A stretch of DNA of 64,000 nt from Eledone cirrhosa (lineage: Eukaryota). The number at the start of each line of letters is the position of its first letter. Position 1 is the first letter of the stretch. The stretch is taken from NCBI GenBank assembly GCA_964016885.1, contig OZ024745.1, positions 95,170,001-95,234,000 on the forward strand, written 5' to 3'. The notes under the pieces were generated by a model that saw nothing but the letters and a program-made list of their open reading frames with translations, ran no database searches and was not told the origin of the DNA. Positions 57,031-64,000 of the stretch are shown in pieces. The position numbers were made by a program, and so were the translations under genes.

Positions 57031-58044
57031 GGTGACTTCTAACAGTGAATAGCTCAACTACAGGAGCTCAAGTATACACAGTTCAAGAGTAACCAATCTT
57101 AAAGAGAGAGATGGAGATAGGAGAGGAGATATGAGAGGAGATATTGGTGAATTAGTTAGAAGCCAAAGCTAAAGGCATGTGCTCAATGTGCAATATGCAG
57201 TAGAAAGCAGCTAGGTGACTGGGTTCATGCAGAAGTTAGGTGCACAGAGCTGGAAATATTCATTAGTTAAGCAAAACAAGACCACAAATTTCACAAGGAA
57301 GACATTATTAAAAGATTGTCAACATATTTTAGTTTGATGTAAGGAGTGTAGAGAATAATAATAGTAATATTAATAATAATAATGTCCGTTTACAATTGTT
57401 TCGCTACTCCTTATAATATTTCTGGATCATATGACTATATATCATAATTGATCTGGTTCAGTTGAAAATAATTAACATATTTAAAAAAACATTTTTACTT
57501 GTAGCTAATAAGTTAAATAGCTATGACTAACTTAGATAATTATAAGTTACCTCCCCTACATTTTGTTTCAATTAAAACATTTAAAAATTAGCACTTAACT
57601 ATAAACTACGCACAATTTCTAATCTCTCGAGGAGTTACTTCCCGTGAAACCACCCTCTAATTAGTAAGGTAAATATGTCCTTTGGCAGCCATCTTGTTAC
57701 CCATAGGCAGTTCCGATGAGCCGCTCTGTTTTTTAAATATGTTAATTATTTTCAACTGAACCAGATCAATTATGATATATAGTCATATGATCCAGAAATA
57801 TTATATGGAGTAGCGAAACAATTGTAAACGGACATTATTATTATTAATATTATTATTATTATTCTCTACATTCCTTACATCAAACTAAAATATGTTGACA
57901 ATCTTTTAATAATATCTTCCTTGTAAAATTTGTGGTCTTGTTTTACTTAACTAATGAATATATATATATATATATATATAATATATATATACTAGCAGAA
58001 TGGAATATATATATATATATAAGTGTGTGTGTGTGTGTGTGTGT

Positions 58045-58217
<173 letters not shown>

Positions 58218-59162
58218 CATATATATACATATATATACTGTATATATACATATATATATACTGTGCATGTATAAATTAATAAATACAATGAAATAAAAAC
58301 AAAGAACAAGTTCCTTATATTAAAAAATTCATCATTTTCCGATCGTTTCTGGGATGTATATGTGTGTTGGTATGTAAAAATATGACAAATTATCAAAGGA
58401 AATATACATACCTTCACATATACATGCTGTCCTCAGAAATGATGAGATATGTTTATTGAAAAAAACAAAGAATTAATATAAAGAGTCTGTTTGGGATTCT
58501 GAATTAATTTTTCGTATTAATTTGTTCTTATATATCGTACGAGCATTTATGTAGTTTGCATTAGAATTTATGTATTGTAGCGGCACTCTTATATATCGTA
58601 TTAGTATTCATTTTCGGGATCTGAATTAATATTTCGTATTAGTTTCGGGTCTCTGAATTATTATTTCGTATTTGGTTTTTTTAGTATTTTGACCCTCTAC
58701 TTGTTGACCTGTCATTGTTAGATTAGGCCGAGTACTACTAACTCATAACATTCTTCAACTACAATCTCGTATTTAGTATCCCGCCCCACCTATTAAACTT
58801 TTCTATAGTCTAGTGGGAGATTTGATGATTGTGGTAGGGGAATAGTAACCAGAAATTGTTTTTTTATATTTTTAACATTCTTATTTTTCTATATAGATTT
58901 ACTCCATATAGATCTACTTATTGTTTCGACTTACCCCACCTCCCTCCCCTCCCCCATCTTGACCTCTTATCCTTCAGATTCTGCTGTAGTTGTCACTTTC
59001 AACGCACGACTGGGTTTCCTACACTCCCTCTCCCTCTTTCTTCTACTGGCAAGTTCAGTTACCCCTTCCTTCCACAAAATGCCATGATAGAATTATGTGT
59101 CTCAACAACAAACTTTTGACCAATCCTTGTGACAATCATTTTTACCATATATGGAATAATAC

Positions 59163-59256
59163 CCCCCTGAGAAGCTCGGCTATTCATTTACCAGGATAAA
59201 AATGTTCATTTAGTCCAGAATTAGCCGTCGAAACGGCTTGAGCTCAGCCGTCGGGG
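59163..59256 (+). ncRNA. Hammerhead-like motif with non-canonical core (copies at ~49230-49322, ~62708-62800)
   Basis: CCCC-CTGAGAA-G..CGGCTATTC...GAATTAGCCG-TC-GAAA-CGGCT-TGAGCTC-AGCCG-TC-GGGG. Confidence 0.65.
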
Positions 59257-59442
59257 TCCTACTCGTTCCTATTACCCACTCTACTACCCTAAGTATTGAG
59301 TACTTTGGTGCGTTATGGTCCATCTGGTTCCGTACCATATTTCCTTCGTTATCTAGCTCCTGTTCCCGTAGTAGAGCACTTTCCGACCCTACCACGCCGT
59401 ATCCAGACTTTTCCGCTAAGCTCAAGTTCTTTCACCCGCACC

Positions 59443-61664
59443 ATGCGAAAACACAACATCGACTTCTCCACCAAGAACGTCCCAGTTCCACCGAGAAAAC
59501 TTTACCTTCGGATGCTCACGCAAAAAAATCGACCTTTTTGCGAAAAGACTTAGATGGAGAACTTTTTTTCTACGACAGATATTGCGACAATCAGGACTTC
59601 GATACCAAGGAGAGATTCGGATTTAGTACCTAAAAATCTCCCCCTCCGAACCCTATGCTCTCACCCTTCGAGAATGACCTTTTCCAACTGGTCAAGAGCA
59701 TTAAATTCAAACCCAGACACAACACATTCCTACAAAAACTCTGTAGCAACTTAACAGAGTATGATAACACCAATGACATCATGGTGCACTGGGATAAAAC
59801 TGGTAACCTATACTTCGTCAACCCCGACAGATACCACACACTGATCAGGAGCAGCCTAAACTCCACCTATAAAAAGGCTAACCACTCATGCATCGAGGAC
59901 ATAAATCGAGATGGACAACAAATTACCTCCAGCCTCGGCGTCGCCGACCGCACGGAACCCCTAGACCCACGGACTCCATACTTCACACTGAAGGACCACA
60001 AATCCGATTTCGACTGTAAACCATCTATCAGGCTTATAAACCCACCGAAGTCCGACATAGGGAGAATCAGTAAAAAAAATCCTATACCGCGTTATACCAA
60101 AAGTTAAGCAAAACGCCAGACTTAGCTTATGGGTCAACACCCAGGAAGTAATCTCATTGTTCAGCAATATGGAGGACACATGAGACACAAAATTCATCCA
60201 GTTTGACATAGAGAGTTACTATGCTTCAATTACCTTACCGCTCCTTACAGCCGCCTTGGACTTTGCCGAGACACTTGCGCCCATCACCGACCAGGAAAGA
60301 AATATCATCCTCCACGCCAGGAAGACAGTCCTACTTTTCGACAACTCCAAATGGATAAAGAGAGCTCCCGACTCCCCCTTCGACGTCAGTATGGGCGCGA
60401 CGGATTCGGCCGAGGTCACAGATCTTATAGGATTATTCCTACTAGTTAGACTCACCGATATGTTCCCTGCATTCGGCGGTGGATTGTACCGTGATGATGG
60501 GCTCCTTACCCTTAAAGGGTACAACCCCAGTAGTACAGATCAGGTCCGTAAACAATTAATCAGCTTCTTCCGCGACTGGGGATTTAAAATAACCCTACAA
60601 ACGTCCCTAACCCGAGTAAACTTCCTGGACGTTACCCTTGACCTCGATAATGATCTGTACTACCCATACGGGAAACCAAACGATAACCTGCACTACATCC
60701 ACCGCCGGTCAAACCATCCTAGAAACATCACCAATAACCTGGTTAAAAACATCTCCCTCCGCATATCTCGTTTGTCCGCTAATGAGCAGATATTCGACGA
60801 ACATGCGCCTTATTACAACCAAGCCCTCAGGTGGAGTGGCTTCCGGGAGGAAATATCCTACTGTCCAGCTTCCATTAGCGGAACCAGCAAGCAACACCGC
60901 CGCTCACGCAACGTAACATGGTTCAATCCTCCCCACAACGCCGAGGTGACAACACCTATCGGGAAAATCTTCTTTAGGCTCATCAAAAAACAATTCCCAC
61001 TACAACACCGCTACCACAACATAATCAACAAAAATACCATCAAACTCTCCTACAGCACCACACCTAACTTTGCACAAAACATCGTCTCTTCTAACAACAA
61101 AAAACTCAACCCCTATGGAAGAAATAACCTAGATAGCAGTGGAGAGCCGACCAGAAGGTGTAACTGTCCTGTGGATCCATTTGCCCCCTCGACAACAGAT
61201 GCAGAGATCGTAATGTGATCTAGCAATGCAACGTGAGGATGGACACCTCCAACAAAGCTTATATTGGATTAACCGTTTGTGACTTCAAGACTCGGCTATA
61301 CCAACACAGACATACTTTCCGAAACCCGGCCCGGCGTCACGCAACTACACTTTCGGGCCACATCTAGGACCTTAAAGATAACAATACAACCTATAATCTC
61401 ATTTGGAGCTTACTGTCCAGAGCCAACTCTTACACGGGAGGACGCCGTCCGTGTAACTTATGCTCGGAGGAAACATTACAAATGCTGTTTTCGACGGACC
61501 AACTCCTAAACAAGAAAGACGAACTGGTAACTGCATGCAAACACAGATTGCGTAGGACTTACCTCGCCCTCAAACCCCATAATGACCCGGGGAGGGGAGT
61601 AGACGGGGGCTGTAACACCCCACTTGCCGACTTTGTAATGGGTAACCCCTGCTTACAAAGGTAG
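59443..61664 (+). pseudogene. Naiad-like RT + GIY-YIG polyprotein, disrupted
   Basis: FSTKNVPVP, RLRWRTFF, DKTGNLY, KDHK, FIQFDIESYYASI, FDVSMGATDSAEV, GLYRDD, WFNPP, CNC, YIGLT, CNLCSEE, LLNKKDELVTACKH. Multiple stops and shifts. Confidence 0.9.
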
Positions 61665-62810
61665 ACGTAAGATTTTCTTATATATTTTTTTATCGCTTCC
61701 TCTATATTTCCTCCTTCCCCCCATCCCTTCCTAGTCCTTCCACCCCAGTTCTCCTTCTTTGTCGTCGTTCTTTTCACCTTCCCGCCCACCCCGAGGCAGC
61801 CCTTCGGTCCTCCGTAGCCTCAGTACCCCCACCCCCACCACCCATTCTATGATAGAATTGGCGGACTCCGCTTTTTATAGCAGATGTGCTAGGCCCCAGA
61901 TACTTGCTTTCTTATCTGATTGCTGCCCCATTTCCGTGGTTTCTAGATTTCTTAGTGGTATTACTGCTTTAGTTTCTCGTATATCAGTATTTATCTATTT
62001 CTTTCTTTTTTTTGGGGGGGGGGGGGGGATACTGAATTAATTTTTCGTATTAATTTTTTCTTATATATCGTACGAGCATTTATGTAATTTGCATTAGAAT
62101 TTATGTATTGTAGCAGCACTCTTATATATCGTGTTAGTATTCATTTTCGGGATCTGAATTAATATTTCGTATTAGTTTCGCGACTCTGAATTATTATTTC
62201 GTATTAGGTTTTTTTAGTATTTTGGTCCCCTACTTGTTGACCTGTCATTGTAAGATAGATTAAGCCGAGTACTACTAACTCATAACATTCTTCAACTACA
62301 ATCTCGTATTTAGTATCCCGCCCCACCTATTAAACTTTTCTATAGTCTAGTGAGAGATTTGATTATTGTGGTAGGGGAATAGTAACCAGAAATTGTGTTT
62401 TTTTATATTTTTAACATTCTTATTTTTCTATATAGATTTACTCCATATAGATCTACTTATTGTTTCGACTTAACCCCCCCCCCCCCCCTCCCCCTATTGA
62501 CCTCTTATCCTTGAGATTCTGATGTAGTCGTCACTTTCAACGCACGACTGGGTTTCCTCCACTACCTCTTCCTCTTTCTTCTACTGGCAAGTTCAGCTAC
62601 CCCTTCCTTCCACAAAATGCCATGATAGAATTATGTGTCTCAACAACAAACTTTTGACCAATCCTTGTGACAATCATTTTTACCATATATGGAATAATAC
62701 CCCCCCCCCCCCTGAGAAGCTCGGCTATTCATTTACCAGGATAAAAATGTTCATTTAGTCCAGAATTAGCCGTCGAAACGGCTTGAGCTCAGCCGTCGGG
62801 GTCCTACTCG

Positions 62811-62891
<81 letters not shown>

Positions 62892-63101
62892 TGTTATAGT
62901 ATTCTCTTTAGAAGTTCCTGGCTACACAGTCATACACTCATCAACCGTTTTAGTGATATTAGTGCAAACAAGCAATTAACATAAACAAGAACAACTTGCC
63001 AATGGTTTTTAGAAATCAATGTAAAATTACTGGTATATAGTTTGTCAGCAGGTAGGAATCCTTTGGCGGTGCGTTCCTGGTTGTGGTCCATTCTTTACAA
63101 T

Positions 63102-63277
<176 letters not shown>

Positions 63278-63348
63278 TGAACCTAATATAACTATGTAAA
63301 ATCGCCTCCTGTGCTTTGTCTGTTTCATTTATTAACTATATATATATA

Positions 63349-63429
<81 letters not shown>

Positions 63430-64000
63430 TATAAAGAAAACGAAGAATCAGTGATGCATCTGGACTTAGTTTATTTCGTGTTATATATATACACACACAC
63501 ATACACAGACGCACACGTACACAGACTCATACGTACATATACGCATATATACGGGTATGTATAGAGGATATGTGATAAAATAATACAACATGAATAATAA
63601 TAATAATGAAAAAAACATATATAGTCCATATATAAACATCCGCACACATTCCCAGGTTGGCGGTATGTGTGTGTGCGCGCATATGTATGTATATATGTGT
63701 ACGTTTGAATAGGACATGCTTACCCAATTGATACAGAACAGTCAGAAGGCTCGTGGCGTTATGTATCAACAAGTCTGTGTGACTGGGTCCATGGGAGTGA
63801 GGGAGTGATGGTGTGTGAGTATATATACTGCGATGTATGTATGTGGCGGTGTGGGTGTCTGAGCATGTAGACGCACGAGTGTGAATGCATAGATAGGTAT
63901 GTGTCTGAATATGTGTGTGTTATTATGTGTTTATTCTAGTATATGTGGGTGCTTACTCTGAAGTGTGAGTAGACGTGTGAAGTACTGAACCCAGCATGAC

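Larger units (their letters stand above)
53647..57960 (-). mobile_element. Near full-length Naiad-like PLE, copy K
   Basis: Direct pLTRs 53647-54142 and 57079-57490. Inverted segments 57495-57960. RT-EN between them. (TA)n flanks. Confidence 0.9.
58497..62813 (+). mobile_element. Near full-length Naiad-like PLE with direct pLTRs, copy J
   Basis: 58497-59268 is directly repeated at 62033-62813, flanking the RT-EN region. Confidence 0.92.

Noticed and set aside
60181-60183. In-frame TGA in copy J (and TGA at 55318-55320 in copy K) as selenocysteine
   Set aside because: Not at conserved Cys positions (likely CGA>TGA and TGG>TGA), and both copies have other disabling lesions.

Overview
AT-rich, microsatellite-saturated animal genomic DNA. 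The repeat families and the (TA)n/(CA)n/(GA)n load suggest an octopod cephalopod, which is an inference. I found no supportable host gene. The window is a dense nest of Penelope-like retroelements (PLEs; RT + GIY-YIG endonuclease) sitting in (TA)n tracts. It holds four Naiad-like copies (three near full-length), one Neptune-like copy with an open 756-aa RT-EN frame, two related 5'-truncated fold-back copies and one EN-only fragment. There are many non-coding pseudo-LTR (pLTR) remnants carrying minimal type I hammerhead ribozymes, plus tRNA-derived SINEs and non-autonomous Helitrons. Best leads: (1) a candidate -1 ribosomal frameshift (U UUU UUA) joining an upstream ORF to the Neptune-like RT; (2) an in-frame UGA at a conserved CxxC cysteine in a young Naiad-like copy (possible selenocysteine); (3) two diverged copies sharing the same truncation/inversion breakpoint, which creates an antisense endonuclease-only ORF; (4) a hairpin conserved directly after the hammerhead in several pLTR variants. 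All alignments and folds were done by eye.
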